Below, piece after piece: positions 39,975-53,229 of a stretch of 53,959 bases of DNA; the stretch's first letter is position 1, and each line of letters begins with the position of its first letter. The DNA is taken from assembly GCA_000320545.1 (NCBI GenBank), contig ADNK01001585.1:1-53959 (forward strand), in the 5' to 3' direction. The position numbers and the translations under genes were made by a program. The notes beneath the pieces were generated by a model. It was not told where the DNA came from and searched no databases. It saw nothing but the letters and a program-made list of their open reading frames with translations. The stretch is from Bigelowiella natans CCMP2755. Taxonomy: Eukaryota > Protista > Cercozoa.

Positions 39975-42151
39975 GAGTAATAGATGCCCCTGCTAGTGTT
40001 TGTGTTTGTGCGAATTTGAGCGGCGACGGTGTGACTTGCTGTATTCCTCAGTATTTCTCTTCTAGCTTTACCTCCTCCTCCCCCTCCTCCTCCTTCTCTC
40101 TATCGTTTCCATGAGCATCATATTCTATTAGCATAAAAGCCTCAGTGATCATCAATCTGACGTATTAAAAACCATCTTTACACAGACCACCACCGAATAG
40201 CGGGTCCCCCCTCCTGCCCCCCCCCCCCTTTCCCTCCTTTCTCTTCTCTCATGTTTCTCTTGCCCTTCCTGCCCTTCCTTCTTCTTTCAGCTCGAGGAGG
40301 CTCTAGCCGCCTCCCAAGCTTTGGAGAGGGACAACGCCCTGCACTTGCGGCGGTGTCTCGCTGTTGCTCGCTGCTTAAGCGCTATTCGAGCCAAGCGAGC
40401 AGCCTTCAAGTCTCTTCTATCGCAGGGCAGGGGCCTCAGGCAGCACGTCAAAGAGCTACAGCAGCAGGCGAATAAAAACGCGGAGGAGCTCAAAGCGCAG
40501 GCGAATAAAAACGCGGAGGAGCTCAAAGCGCAGGCGAAGAAAGACGTGGAGGAGCTCAAAGCGCAGGCGAAGAAAGACGTGGAGGAGCTCAACGCGCGAC
40601 ACGCCGCGCGCCTGCAGGAGGAGACAGAACGGATCGCCTCCAGGAAAAACGACGAGATCGACGATGTCACCAGCGCCTTCGAGCAAAAGGCGAAGGCGCT
40701 GAAGGACGCTGCGGACAACGAGAGACAGCAGCAGAAAGAGGCGCTAGAGCTTTCGCGCGCGACGGCTGAGCAAAGGTTATCGGAGTCCAACGCTCGGTGC
40801 GTGCAGCTAGAAACCAAGCTCGAAGAGACCGGTAGCGCGCTAGAGGACGCGAAAGAGCAGCTAAAAGCCCTGCAAGAACGACTGCATCATAACGCCTCGC
40901 TCTCGAATGAGCACGCGCAAGGCCTGAAACTGCAGTTGGAAGACTCGCAGAGGAAGCTGGCCGAAACGATGGGGACTGTGGAGAGCCTCGAGAGAGCCCT
41001 CGAAGATGAGAGAGAGGCCTCCCAGCAGCTCACGTCGATGAGGGACAAAGCAAAGGCAGAAGCTGCTCAGGTAGAGGACGAGCCGTTTCTATTATAGAGA
41101 AAGGGGGGGCGGGGGGCTGGGGGCGGGGGGAAGGTCCAAACACCGAGAGCAGTGCCATAGCTTTCCTCTTATATTCTGCTTATTCGCAATTGTGCGCTAC
41201 AAAATATCACCCGTGGATGCGGCAATGCGGGTATTTCTGCTGTACTAATGCGCTACACCTTTAACATAACATTTTCCCCTCTCCCCCCCCCCCCTTCTAT
41301 TGCTTTCTTGTACCAGGCGGTTGCGGAGTCGGAGGCTGCGGAAGCTACTACCAAAGAGGCCGTTGGGGCGCTTGAGGCCAAGTGCTCTTTCCTGGAGGAA
41401 CAAGCAACAAACGCTAATCAGGAGGTGCTATTGCATTCAATTCCGAAGAGAAGAGGAATCGACGCTGAGGAGAGACATTGATGACTGATGTTAAGAGAGA
41501 AGAAGGAAAATATGTGATTGAGAAGCGCGCGGGGGGAGAGGGGGGCAAAGACTCGTTTTTATTCAATAACAAAAGGCGGTGAAAAGTATATTCTAACCTC
41601 AGTAGCAAGTTGCGTATGCCGTATGGTTGGTGGTAGTAGTATATATTGTCTGTATTGCGGAGCACCTCCTACATCCTCTGGTGTTTCGGTCTACCAAAAG
41701 AAGGCAGCAGTTGTTCAAAGGGGGGCGCTATTATCTGATAGATGACCTTTCTTTTCTTCCTCCTCCTCCTTATCATTACCATCATCATCATCACCATCAT
41801 CATCATCATCGTTCCCCAGGTGCAGAGGTTGAGGGGTTATTGCGTCGAGAAAGACGATAAGGTTTCTCATGTCCAAAAGGTAATAATAGTAAGTAGTAGA
41901 GGTAGTAGTAGCTAGTAGCTAGTAGGAGCAGTAGCAAAGTAAGTGTATTTTATATTGACTTGCTTTTTCGCTCCACGAAGTACTAAAAGCAACAATGGCG
42001 GTGACGCTCGGTGGTGGTGATTCTCTCAGGAACTGAAGGAGGCCGAGGAGGGACTCTCAGCATGCAGGAAGGAAATAGAAGCTCTCAAAGCCAAAGAAGA
42101 GGAGGGACGTCAAATTATTGACCGGTGCCAGAAATACATATTATATATATA

Positions 42152-42189
<38 letters not shown>

Positions 42190-42796
42190 CATACGAATCC
42201 ATGCAGCTGAGCACACACACACACACATATAACACGTAATTATATATAATAGACATATCAATATTATGTGTTTATATCTATTTATACATAATATTTATTT
42301 CTGATTAGCTATCAAACCGAGGTTAAATCGTTGCGAGCAGAAATCGACGCCATTGCTCAGGTAGCGTGATGAATCGTATTCCTCGCCGCTGTCAAAACGC
42401 ATAGAGCCCCTTATCACCACCATCACTACCACCACCGCAACCCTCATTATCATCTATTTTATCATCATCGTCATCATCGTCATCATTATCATTATCATCA
42501 TCATCATCACCACCATCCTCATCATCATCCTCAGGGAGATGCTGAGAAGCTATCAACACTCTCCGTGCGACGCACAGAGGACCAAAGGAAGGAGATAGAA
42601 TCGATGCGAGCCAGTCTCATCGGCACGCGCCAGCAGCTGGAAACATCGGAGAAAAAGCTGCAAGAATCAAACGTCGAAGCTGCCTCTCTTCGAGAAGGCC
42701 TTCAGGCTGCTCAAGCACAATGCGCCTTTTCCAAGGGGAAACTTCAGGCGATCAAGCGACGATTCTCTACGTGAGGCGGAGTGTGATAGAAATAAC

Positions 42797-42828
<32 letters not shown>

Positions 42829-43168
42829 CGAATTTGATGCATGATGATGATGAGGATGATGGTGATAATGGTGATGATGATGCTGCGCAAAGACGACGTG
42901 TAATGGTCAATTTCCTTTCAGTGTGACCTCGAAGCTTTGCCAGGAGGCTACTGCGTTGAGAGAGAGCAGCTCCACAAATCAGCTGCAGATTGGTCGTATG
43001 CTAGAGGCCGCAACGAAGCGAGCGAAGGATGCAGAGGAGGACTTTCTCGCAAAAACAGAACGAGTAGTCAGAGTTAGTTGATGATTTGATTGATCGTTTC
43101 TTTTCCAGATATCAAACAATTCTTGGAGGATTGAATCCCTCTAGATGTTTTAAATCGGAGTCACAGAG

Positions 43169-43212
<44 letters not shown>

Positions 43213-43631
43213 GGAGAGGGGTTTAAGGGGGGGGGGAAGAAAAGAGAGATGTTAGTTGCGGTAGGACTTCATGATGTGACGTCACCAACATCCCCAATCT
43301 TCCTTCTTCCCCACGCGTGTGCGCACGATGGGAAACCAAGGAAGAGACTAGTTATCTTTAGTGAGATTTCGAAGTAATGATGACCATGATGACGACGAGT
43401 ACTCGAGGAGATTTCTCACCGATGTTCTTCGCTGATAATGTGTGCTAGATGGAAGAAACAGCAGCGCAGGATCGGCAGCAGCTGGTGATGCAGGCTGAGG
43501 ACGCTCGAGAGGAGCAAGAGAGACTTCAAGATATCGTTGATAGAATGGAAGAGGATCTGCGATTGAAAGACCAGCAAAGCTTGAGCCTTCAACGGCAGAA
43601 GCTGCAGGAGATGCAAGAGGAACTTGAGGCG

Positions 43632-43666
<35 letters not shown>

Positions 43667-44043
43667 CGTGGTAGAAGATGAAGAAGAAGAAGAAGAAGTA
43701 GAAGAAGAAGAAGAAGGAGAAGAAGAAGAAGGAGAAGAATGGGAGAGTTGATCTGTCTGTTTGTTTAAATGGGAGGAGCTTCTTTGTTAGTTTTAATTGC
43801 TACAAGTAAGGGGGGGGGGGTAGGAGGGTTGTGATTTCGCACATATGCATAAGGAAATCTGTGCATGTACCGTCTTATTTACTGTCTATTCATCTGTTTT
43901 TCCTTAAGAATCCTCCTAATCCCCCTCCCCCCCCTCCTGTTGCATCATCACCAGGCACGTCGTTCGGAGCAGGAGAAGGCCAAACAGCATTTTGAGCAGC
44001 AATTCCGCACGGAAGTAAGCACTGCGTAGTCGCAACTACTACT

Positions 44044-44076
<33 letters not shown>

Positions 44077-44455
44077 AATAGAGTGGGAGGAGAGGAGGGG
44101 GTACCAATCGTTCAATGTAGGCAAAACATGTATTCGATCTGACGATTCTCCCCTTCTCATCAGATGAAGAAGATGCGACAGCGATTTGAGGCGTCGTCCT
44201 CCGCCTCCTCCTCCTCTTCCTCCTCCTCCTCCGGAGCGGGTCCATCTGCTTTCAGTGACGAGGAGAGAGTCCAGCTTCTAGACATGTTTACGCAGGAGAA
44301 GAGGCGTCTGGAGAAGGAGAGGGACAACGTCAAGAAGGAATTGTCGGAGACCCAGGCTCATCTTGCTCGCATGAGGACATCTGCACGCAAATGGAGGGAC
44401 AAAGCGAAATCGATGCGAGCGGCCACATCGACGATAATATCACCCCCCGCACCTT

Positions 44456-44497
<42 letters not shown>

Positions 44498-45333
44498 CAG
44501 CCTCGTCGTTGAGCAGTAGTAGTATCAGCAACAACGCAGGTGCAAAGAGCACTGCGATGAGTTCCAAAACGGGTATGGAGACGACCGATGCGAAGAATTA
44601 TCACATTCGCGCTGACGAGGATAACACTGGTGCTAATGACGATAGCAAGCAGCGCCCAGAAAAAGGAGAGGGGGGAGGAGACGGAGAAAGATCTGATGGA
44701 AAAGACGCAGAAGGATCCAGTATTGACCATTCCAGTACTACTGCTACTAGTACGACTGTGGAGGACTCACCAACTGGTGAAGGAGCCACGAGCGGCCATA
44801 GAATAAGTCCTTTCCCATCAATACAACAGCACGCATCATCTACTTCGTAGATTTTTATATATTAATATTTTTATATGTTTCTATGATTTTTATCCCAAGT
44901 ACATACACACGCCAGATGGTGCTATCCATAATTGAACAGCATCTTTGTCATGCGCACTCTCTTATGCTCTCTCGCTCACATACCCAGGCCCATCGACGTC
45001 ATCACCATCAACATTAGCAGCCCAGTCACCACCATTAACTGAGGAAAAAGTCCGAAAACGTTTGGTGGCGATGTTTAAGTAAGAGCTCCTAGAAGCAAAG
45101 CCCTGGAGGGGGTGGGGAAGAGGGTGAAGGGATGTTCGCCTCATATTGTCTTATTACTAATTGAGATCGGCATAGTCCTTTCCTTTTCGGAGATGTCTTG
45201 AGACAGAAGAAGATGCTTCTTAGAAATCAACGATTATTAGGATTGTTGTGAGAAGACGGAGTCATAGCACGAATCATATCGTCATCAGATCCTCATATTG
45301 GCGTTGTTGTTTTGAGTAAATTCTCTCTCTCTA

Positions 45334-45390
<57 letters not shown>

Positions 45391-45838
45391 GTCCCTCGCT
45401 TCCCTCATCCTTCCCCCATTCTTTCCTCACGCACTACTCCAGGAAATACAATCCAAGCAAGCTTTCAAATATTGACAGGTTGCTGGAGAAGTTTAAAGGA
45501 AGGTCATTGCTGTTAAGAGTCATACCCCACATCCCCGTGCTCACCAAAAATATTTAACGTCCTTTTTACGCTCATCACGTGCGTGGTTATAGCTGCACGA
45601 GGCCGGTTCATGAAGACTATATCTTTCACTGACTTTTAGGGAGCGAGAGCTTCTCGCAGCGGTGCGCTCTAAATATGAGAATGGCGGCGGCAAGGGGGGC
45701 AAGGCATCTTCTTCGTCGTCACAGCAGCAAGATGGAAGCTGGCTCGGTGTGGGTGGGCTAGGAGGAACGATTGGGGGCGCCGTTGGAGGACTAAATAATG
45801 CAGTTACTAGTGGCTTAAACAAAATGTTCACCTTTTAA
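37365..45838 (+). CDS. Large coiled-coil (golgin/myosin-tail-like) protein with small C-terminal helical domain
   Basis: Start MDPIEEWDFDLDAIR|. E/K/Q/A-rich heptad exons include 38676-39885 and 40291-41070. The C-terminus reads VRKRLVAMFK|KYNPSKLSNIDRLLEKFKG|RERELLAAVRSKYE…NKMFTF*. Confidence 0.8.
40464..40595 (+). repeat. Coding tandem repeat, 4 x 33 bp (11-aa QANKNAEELKA / QAKKDVEELKA)
   Basis: Two copies of each variant, in frame. Confidence 0.95.
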
Positions 45839-45879
45839 TCCAAAGAATGAGATATTATTGTGTGTAGTAGTGTTGCACC

Positions 45880-46880
45880 GTGAGGGCCTGCGCGAGCGCA
45901 TCAGCTAGCGTAATAGCGCTGGCGTCCATGCTAGCATGCAGACGCGCATCGCATGTGTTGTTGGCATAAAATGTTCTCGCGTCCTAACATTGTGCACAAT
46001 GTGTGCTAGCTACTTGTGTGCTAGCTAGCTAGTGCGCATTGTGTGTGTCATGCACATAGTCACATGCATGCACATCGATCACAACTGTGACTGAAGCAAA
46101 GCGTGTGTATGCGTGCTAGCAGCGTGAGTGAGCTGCATTGCACAGTAAGGTTGTTGCATGTCACCAGAGCAGAAGCCACAAGCTAGCAAGCTAGCAAGCT
46201 AGCAAGGGCAAATAAAGAACGCTGTCGACGTGCGATATGATACCACATGTGCAGCCGCCTTTGTTGTCGATCTTTCACATGCTAGCAGCATGCATGCGCG
46301 AACGCACACGCGCAGCAAAGTGAATGAAAGCTAGCAGAAAGATCTAACAGTATGACAGCGCGTACGATACTTCGATGCAATGTTTGCATCCATGCTGGCA
46401 TGCGCGCGTGGTGTGGCATCGCTAATTGATGCATCCGCCATGCATGATAGCACTAGCATGTGCGCATGAGTGAATGTGACAAAAATTGCAATCAAGGCGC
46501 GCACGGCACAAGCGCGTTCCTTGATTAGATTTGACATCACGCATGCAGCTAGCTAGATGTGCTGCTCATTGCTAGATTGCCACATTGTTAGTTTTCGACT
46601 ATATAGACGTGCGTGCCAACATGCTAGCATGCTACACTAGTCTAGCTAGCTAGCTAGCTTCTAGAGCTTATGCTAGAGCGTGGTAATAAACTGTACCAGT
46701 GTAGCTTTTACTAGTGTAGATGAGCTAGCTAGCTAGTGCTACATGACAAGCCTACTACTCGAAATCACAATTGATGGCGCTAAGCTAAATCTACCTAGCT
46801 CTAGAGCTATTGCCAATTTATGTGCATGCTTGTTTCGTGAGCTGCATGTCTATCTATAGATCTATAGATGCGCATGTGTT
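45880..46880. other. TpA-depleted / CTAG-rich island 5 between convergent gene ends
   Basis: Dense CATG/TGCA/CTAG words, (AGCTAGCA)3 at ~46181-46204 and (CTAG)4 at ~46642-46657. The depletion is incomplete and some TAA/TAT remain. Confidence 0.75.
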
Positions 46881-47112
46881 AGAGAGCAAAAACGACCATC
46901 CTAAGCGACGATGATGCACGTTGTGATAAGAATACTCGAGACTTTCATTACACATAGTCACAGCGGCACGGTGAACAGACGTGCGTACGCTTCATCTACC
47001 ATCGACCTCAGTCCCTCTAATTTACCACAATTGTTGATACTCTTCATAAATCATCGTGAAGCTATAATCATGATAATACAGACGAGTTACACATTGCACC
47101 TAATAATGCTTG

Positions 47113-47648
47113 TTAGATGTATAGGCATGTCTTTTGAGGAAAGGTGACTCGAGAGGATCCGCTTTCTGGTAGCACACACGTAGCGCTGAACAGAATAAGT
47201 GATGATTCTAGGCTTTCAAGATCCTGTCTATTTTTTAGGTAAGCTGCATATACTGTTACAGTTTCTCCTGGAGACCCTAAAATCGATGCTGATAGCTGAC
47301 TAGCCATACCAGATATGTTGTTGTTGATCATCTCGCCTCTATTACCCCTGCCGATTTCCTCAATCTGGTGATGGAAAGCAAAAACGATAGTCTAGTCTGT
47401 CATCTTCTATTTTCATACAAAGTTGACTTCAAATCAACCTAGTCCTTTTTTGAAATGAGGAAGAGATTAAAGTATCAACCATATCTTGGCTTCATCTCAC
47501 CAGAGAGAACATCATCATCATCATCATTATCTCGGTACCTGCTGGAAACGCTTGGAGGCCACGGGTACCCATTTCGATACATCACCCAGCAATGACCATC
47601 CATTTCTCAATACAGGACTTAAACTCCAAACCTCAAAGCTAGCCTATT

Positions 47649-47681
<33 letters not shown>

Positions 47682-50600
47682 TCTAATTATACTTCCGTCG
47701 TTGCAACGATATAGAGCAGGTACTACTAATTGATTCTTATCTGACGCAATTAATCGACCGATTGATCGATCAAAAAACCTTTTATCAGTCTTTTCATGAC
47801 AATATTTCTTCTTCTTTGCCCACCATAAATAGTAGTAGTAGTAGTAGTAATAGTAGTAGTAGTAGTAGTAGTCATTGTTAAGCTGATAAAGTGTGAAGGC
47901 CGTCCTAAACTGTCCACCACTACCAACACTACCACCAATATAACCACTAAACCACCAACCATCATCAAAATATTATCGTGAATCACCATTTACCTTGGTT
48001 GTTTTTGGTAGATTTAGCATGTGAGAAGGTGGCTGCTGAGCTCTATCCCCGATCGACGATGAAAACGATGATGAGGATACATATGTTAGCGTCTTGAGAG
48101 GATGGGGTGAGGCCGTATTCACAGCAAGATACAAGGAAGAGAACGACGATGAAGAAAACATCGATGGAAGACACCTCTCTTCCTTAGCAGTATCGCCATC
48201 ATTTTTGTCCTCCTCCTCCTCCTCCTCCAAATTTAACTCTACACTGCAACTCTCTACTATCTCTTCTACTCCGAGAGAATATGCCGATGATTCCGCAGCA
48301 AACACTTGCGGAAATACCAACCTGAAACGCCAACAAAAGTTTTAAGAAAAGATGAGCATTCTTCATACGAAGTTGATCTTTTGCGTATGCGTGTGTATAC
48401 ATATGTGTAAGAGAGGAAGTGGAAGGAGGGTGGGGGCAGCGTCCTTATCTATGCTGAAATAGGAAAAGCATGCACATGATTAAATGTTACCCCGACACAT
48501 AGGAATGGGATATCCATAGATCACCAATTATAGTCGGAGTGGTGACTGATGATGACGATGATTGCGGCCGCAGCTGGGAAATGATGGCTTTGTCCGTCAT
48601 CTTTGCTGGTGAATCGGGTTTGAGAAGCATTCCATCAGCTCTTACAGATTTTAGGATAAGTGACACATTTGGAGAGAACATGGAATCACTAGGGAGAACG
48701 CTCGCTGTGCTTAACGTGCTTACTGCTGCTTGTAAATCAGGATACTCTTCAACCTGATGACACATACAAAAAAAACAGACAATGACAATACAACCACTAA
48801 AACCCAGGAATGATTGCAAGAATCCAGACTAGGGATAGCGGGGAGATGTCTTGAAAAGGTAATAAAAGAGGAGTAGAATGGGGAAACGAAGTAAATGTAT
48901 AATTGGTGAGAAAGGCGCAGAAAGCAACCATTTGTCCATCCTCCTCTCCTCCTTTTAGATAAGTGAGCAGATGCGACAAACAATTGCTCGTTAACCCTTA
49001 AACTCTAGGAAATATTTTCACATCACTACACTTAGTGCGGTAGCACATACTACTACTACTACCTGTGTTCCGTATCGGCCTATTTCAGAGCTATTTGACC
49101 AGAAGTTATCCTTAAGGGGTGCAAGTGCAAGCGCGTCACCAAAAATGGAGGTAATTCCAATTCTCCATTGGTCGCTGCCGGGTTTATAGTCTTCAGATGC
49201 CCTTGCTTGTGAGACCTGTGGTATTTCCACAGATTGCAGCACGAACCTCGAGGGCTCCATACAGTACTGAATGTACACACCATGTTTATGAGCTGATCTT
49301 CCCATTTGCAGCAACCAGGTCCGAGCGCTTGTGGCAGAGCTAAGTGTGCAGTGATTCATATCATCTTCACCGAACAACCAATCCTGTTCATACACGTAGA
49401 GTCCCCAGGATTTGCCATAATCGAATAAGAATTCCCAGAAACTTTGCTCCAAAGGAAAGCTCTTTTTGTCATCCATGCAAAACTTAAAATCACCTCCGTT
49501 TTGCTGGGCATAGTCAGTGTTATTGCTCCAAAACCGGTTATGTGCAATATATGGCCAATTGGTGTGGTTGTACACATAATCTAATCCATGTGGAAATACA
49601 TCCGGTTTTGCTGTCCAATTCTTTATTCCATGTGTTCCCCAACTCTTTTCATCTTGGTAGTACCACCAAGAATCAATCTGCAAGAATCGGTAGGGTATTT
49701 TCATTTTGTCTGTGTGCTGTTTTCTGACTTCGATCAAGGTTTCTTCGTAGCTCTTGTTACCCTCTGTGTTGTAATAGTACCAAGCTCCGTTGTCTGACAA
49801 TGGGGGTGAGGGGGGGAGAAGGACGACGATGACAATGAGTACAATGATGATGATGATGATGATGATGATGATGCTGAAGCTCACACATACACGCAGCACT
49901 ATATATTATGTATCTCTGTATCTCTGTCCGGGTTACTACTAATAATACCTATTAATACTTAACTTCCTTTCAATCAGTTGTTGACCCATATAACATCACC
50001 GAATTTTAGTATTTTCTACTTACCTGTGGCATAGCCCAGGTAATTTATTGTCAGATCTTGTTCAAGAGCAGCTCGCGACTTTCCATAATATTTGAGCAGC
50101 TTTTCCCCCCACATATGCATTGCTTTGTTTATTCCTTTGTCCGCACTTACAATGAACTTCATTTCGAAGTTGAGAGGTACCTAGTAGCAAGTACAGATAT
50201 AATTATGCATCATGATATTGCGATAAAGGTATCACTTTCATTGCCAATAGGTATGCCGTTCATATTGGTTTAGGTTTTGATTTTTTGGTCAACGATGGAT
50301 ATCTCAAAATTATTTCTAGTTTTAGTAGTAGAATTCTCAGTAATTTGGTAAATCGTATGGTTGACTAGAAGAGTACCTCAGTAACATTTCCCATGATTCC
50401 ATAGCGCAGTAGATTGGACGAGTTATCATTCACTTGGTTTGCAGACATAAATTGGGAGAAAGCCGACAAAACGATGGCGTCGCCTCCTGCTCGCTGTTGT
50501 GCTCTCTGGTTACTACTGGGCGAGTTATTTTTTGAACCATCATGATTCTTGTCTAAGTCGTTGTTACCATCATCATCAAATATTACTAATGGCCCTGTAC

Positions 50601-51694
50601 TCCTCATCCCCCCTGGAAGGGAATTGGAAGCATTTCCCCATCTGTCAATCACATATTCGGAGCCCATCATTGACCCCGCATAGGCTAAAAATCCTCGAGA
50701 ATATGACAATTTGTTTTTCTGTTTGTTCGGAAGTTGAAACGAAGGAAAACTAGTAATGACTTGATCTGGATCGTTTGCAGAAGTAATATTCAGGCCCTGG
50801 GGAAATCTGAACGGTTGGAAATAATTAATTGTTGTCTTTGTCCAAGTAATGGAAAGAGAGAGAAAACAGTAACAAAAACAAGCTTGAGATAGTGCTAGAA
50901 ATAGTTTTCAGAGCTTCTAGCCTTGAAAGAGAAAGTAGTGGGGGACTCCAGGATAATTCTTAAAGAGAGATGTATTAAAATGTCTTAGAAAACCCAGAAC
51001 TACTTCTCATTTCTGAGTTTACCTTAATCGTCATAACGTGATATCATAAAAAACAAACTGCCGCTGTTTTTTACTAGACTACCTTTGAGTGAAGATGATC
51101 TGGCCTCCTTCGTGATACTCAGAAACGGAAAACTCGACTTTAACAGAGTCTTCTGTCACCTTATTAGAGGCAGTAGCGTGTCTTCATTATGGTACTGCTT
51201 ACTTGTGCAGTATTTATTTAGGGTCTTCTCTGTTGTAACTACCCATGTGACAGTTGTTGTGTTGAAGCTCCCAAATATGTCAGAACCTTCGATTCCTCTT
51301 TCGATGGAGTACACTTTGAGCAGTCCGACAGAATTTTCCTGAAGGGTACATTCACACGAATGCAACATAAATGGTAACCAAAATTATCATTGTAATTTAT
51401 AGGAAGAGAAACCGTGGTTGAGGAAGGATTGGATGAGTGTAAACGGCCATTGCTTCGAATGAACACTTCGGAACTCCGTAACCACAGCTTGCCATCATGC
51501 ACCATCAAAATGTCGATGTTGCCATTTTCATTCACTTTTGCTTGCAACTTTAGTCCTACATAAATGGCAATCATTAACATTCTTGCTAGTTGTTGTCCCT
51601 CTATCTACTTACCTTGCGCCAAAGGACAGCACGAAGACGTTAAAAGGAGTTGCATCAGAAGGATGGAGAACGTAGAAATGGAGGGACAACGCAT
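47113..51694 (-). CDS. Secreted glycoside-hydrolase-like protein (TIM-barrel, GH36/clan-D-like features), substrate unknown
   Basis: Signal peptide MRCPSISTFSILLMQLLLTSSCCPLAQG. The core exon reads DNGAWYYYNTE…IPYRFLQIDSWWY…WTAKPDVFPHGL…AHNRFWS…VYEQDWL…IQYCM…QARASEDY. Later exons include VSTLST and RADGMLLKPDSPA. The clan assignment is by motif resemblance only. Confidence 0.7.
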
Positions 51695-51882
51695 ATTTTC
51701 CTTCAATTTTTCTCTTTCTTCTGGGAGCTACTTGGTTGTATGTGAGCTTATTGTTTCGGTGATGGAAATTTGTTTCACTTCGTTCAGTTTTCCCTCCCTA
51801 TTTTTCGAAGTGAAGTCCCGAGTGTCCCTTCTCCGGTTGGGTATCCGACGGAAATTGTGTTGTCCTTTTTCCGACAGCGATT

Positions 51883-51948
51883 GATTCCTCGAGATTCCTC
51901 GAGATTCCTCGAGATTCCTCGAGATTTCTCGAGATTTCTCGAGATTTC
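51883..51948. repeat. Tandem 10-bp repeat (GAGATTYCTC) x ~6.5
   Basis: Read directly; each junction forms CTCGAG. Confidence 0.95.
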
Positions 51949-52059
51949 CATCATCAAGGCCGTTTTGGGCACAGAATGAAGATTTGCCACCAAAATCTGA
52001 CTTGAACGACACGGTTTTGAGTGAAAATTTGAGACTTGCATGATCTTGTGGTTTTTTTG

Positions 52060-52095
52060 GGGTGACCTTGTTCTAGATCTAGAACAAGGTCACCC
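52060..52095. repeat. Perfect 36-bp palindrome GGGTGACCTTGTTCTAGA|TCTAGAACAAGGTCACCC
   Basis: The 18-bp arms are exact reverse complements with no spacer. Confidence 0.95.
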
Positions 52096-52902
52096 GTTTT
52101 GGTTTCTTGTGTTTTTTTTCGATCAGGATGCCAGCATGCTGCTAGCATGGCTAGATGGCTAGTGGCCTGTGCATGTGCATTCGTGGACGTCGCTAGCTAG
52201 CTCTAGAGCTAGCACCAAAGTAGGTAATGGTGCATGTGCGCCATGCTTAGCATGCTCAGCTCGTCTAGCAATTGCTCGTCTAGAGCTGCAACGCACTGCA
52301 CGCTCTGGCGCTGGCACGTCAAGTGGCAGCTAGATCAATGTGAGGCATGCAAAAGCACACGCATGCTAGCATGCGCTTGCTAGCTTAGTCATCATGTCTG
52401 GCTAGCTAGCTAGCTGGCCACAGATGTCATGCAGTCCGCACGTGCATCACGATGCACTCTGGCATTTCACGTGCTAGCGTGGCATTGTTGATGGCGGAAC
52501 TTGCTGCATGGCCACAGATGCCAAGCACTTTTCGATCCCGCGAAATTGAGCGGATCCACAGAGACACATGGTCTTGTTTAGCAAGTTAGTTTGGGATGCA
52601 TGATTTGCCGTGAGCGTGACAATCGTGCACATCTAGACATGCTAGCATGCTAGCTAGCTAGCACATGCACCATTGCTAGACATTGGTGGACACAACTCAG
52701 CCTCGATGGCGAACGTGACATGACATGCGCACAAAAACATGATTGCGATGCTGCTTGCAAACGTGCATAGTGCCTACAATGCCTCACTAGCTTAGACCGT
52801 CATGTAGATAATTTAGCAATGATGACGACAATACCAGCCCCATAATCAACATCTAGAACATGCTTACCGCTATCTCGGTACTACGCTGCTCTCTTGCCAC
52901 TA

Positions 52903-53171
52903 CTAGTATCTAAGCTGCTTTTTGGATCTTCCTAGCTTGTCGCTAGAAAAAATATCATCGGCTGCCTTCGCCGTAGGGTCATCCGTAGAAGCCAACTCTC
53001 TCTTCAGAACTGCGAGAGTGCGCAGTGTATTGTCCCTAATATCATCATTGTCCTTATTATTCTTATTCTTCAACGACGCAGCCATTTAGATAGAGGGCAC
53101 GACGTGTGCGTGTTGCGAAGGCTTTCGTGTGCTCGCCTTCGATTTTCAGAGCACGAAGAACGAATACTCTC

Positions 53172-53229
<58 letters not shown>

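Larger units (their letters stand above)
51845..52795. other. TpA-depleted / CTAG-rich island 6
   Basis: In 52141-52790 I count 23 CTAG and 8 other TA; 7 of those 8 are TAG or CTA. Confidence 0.85.

Noticed and set aside
38752-40817. Antisense and alternate-frame ORFs over the coiled-coil exons
   Set aside because: Shadow ORFs of a GC-rich, biased coding strand.
51883-51948. Possible CRISPR-like array
   Set aside because: Contiguous 10-bp units with no spacers, in a eukaryotic context with no cas genes.
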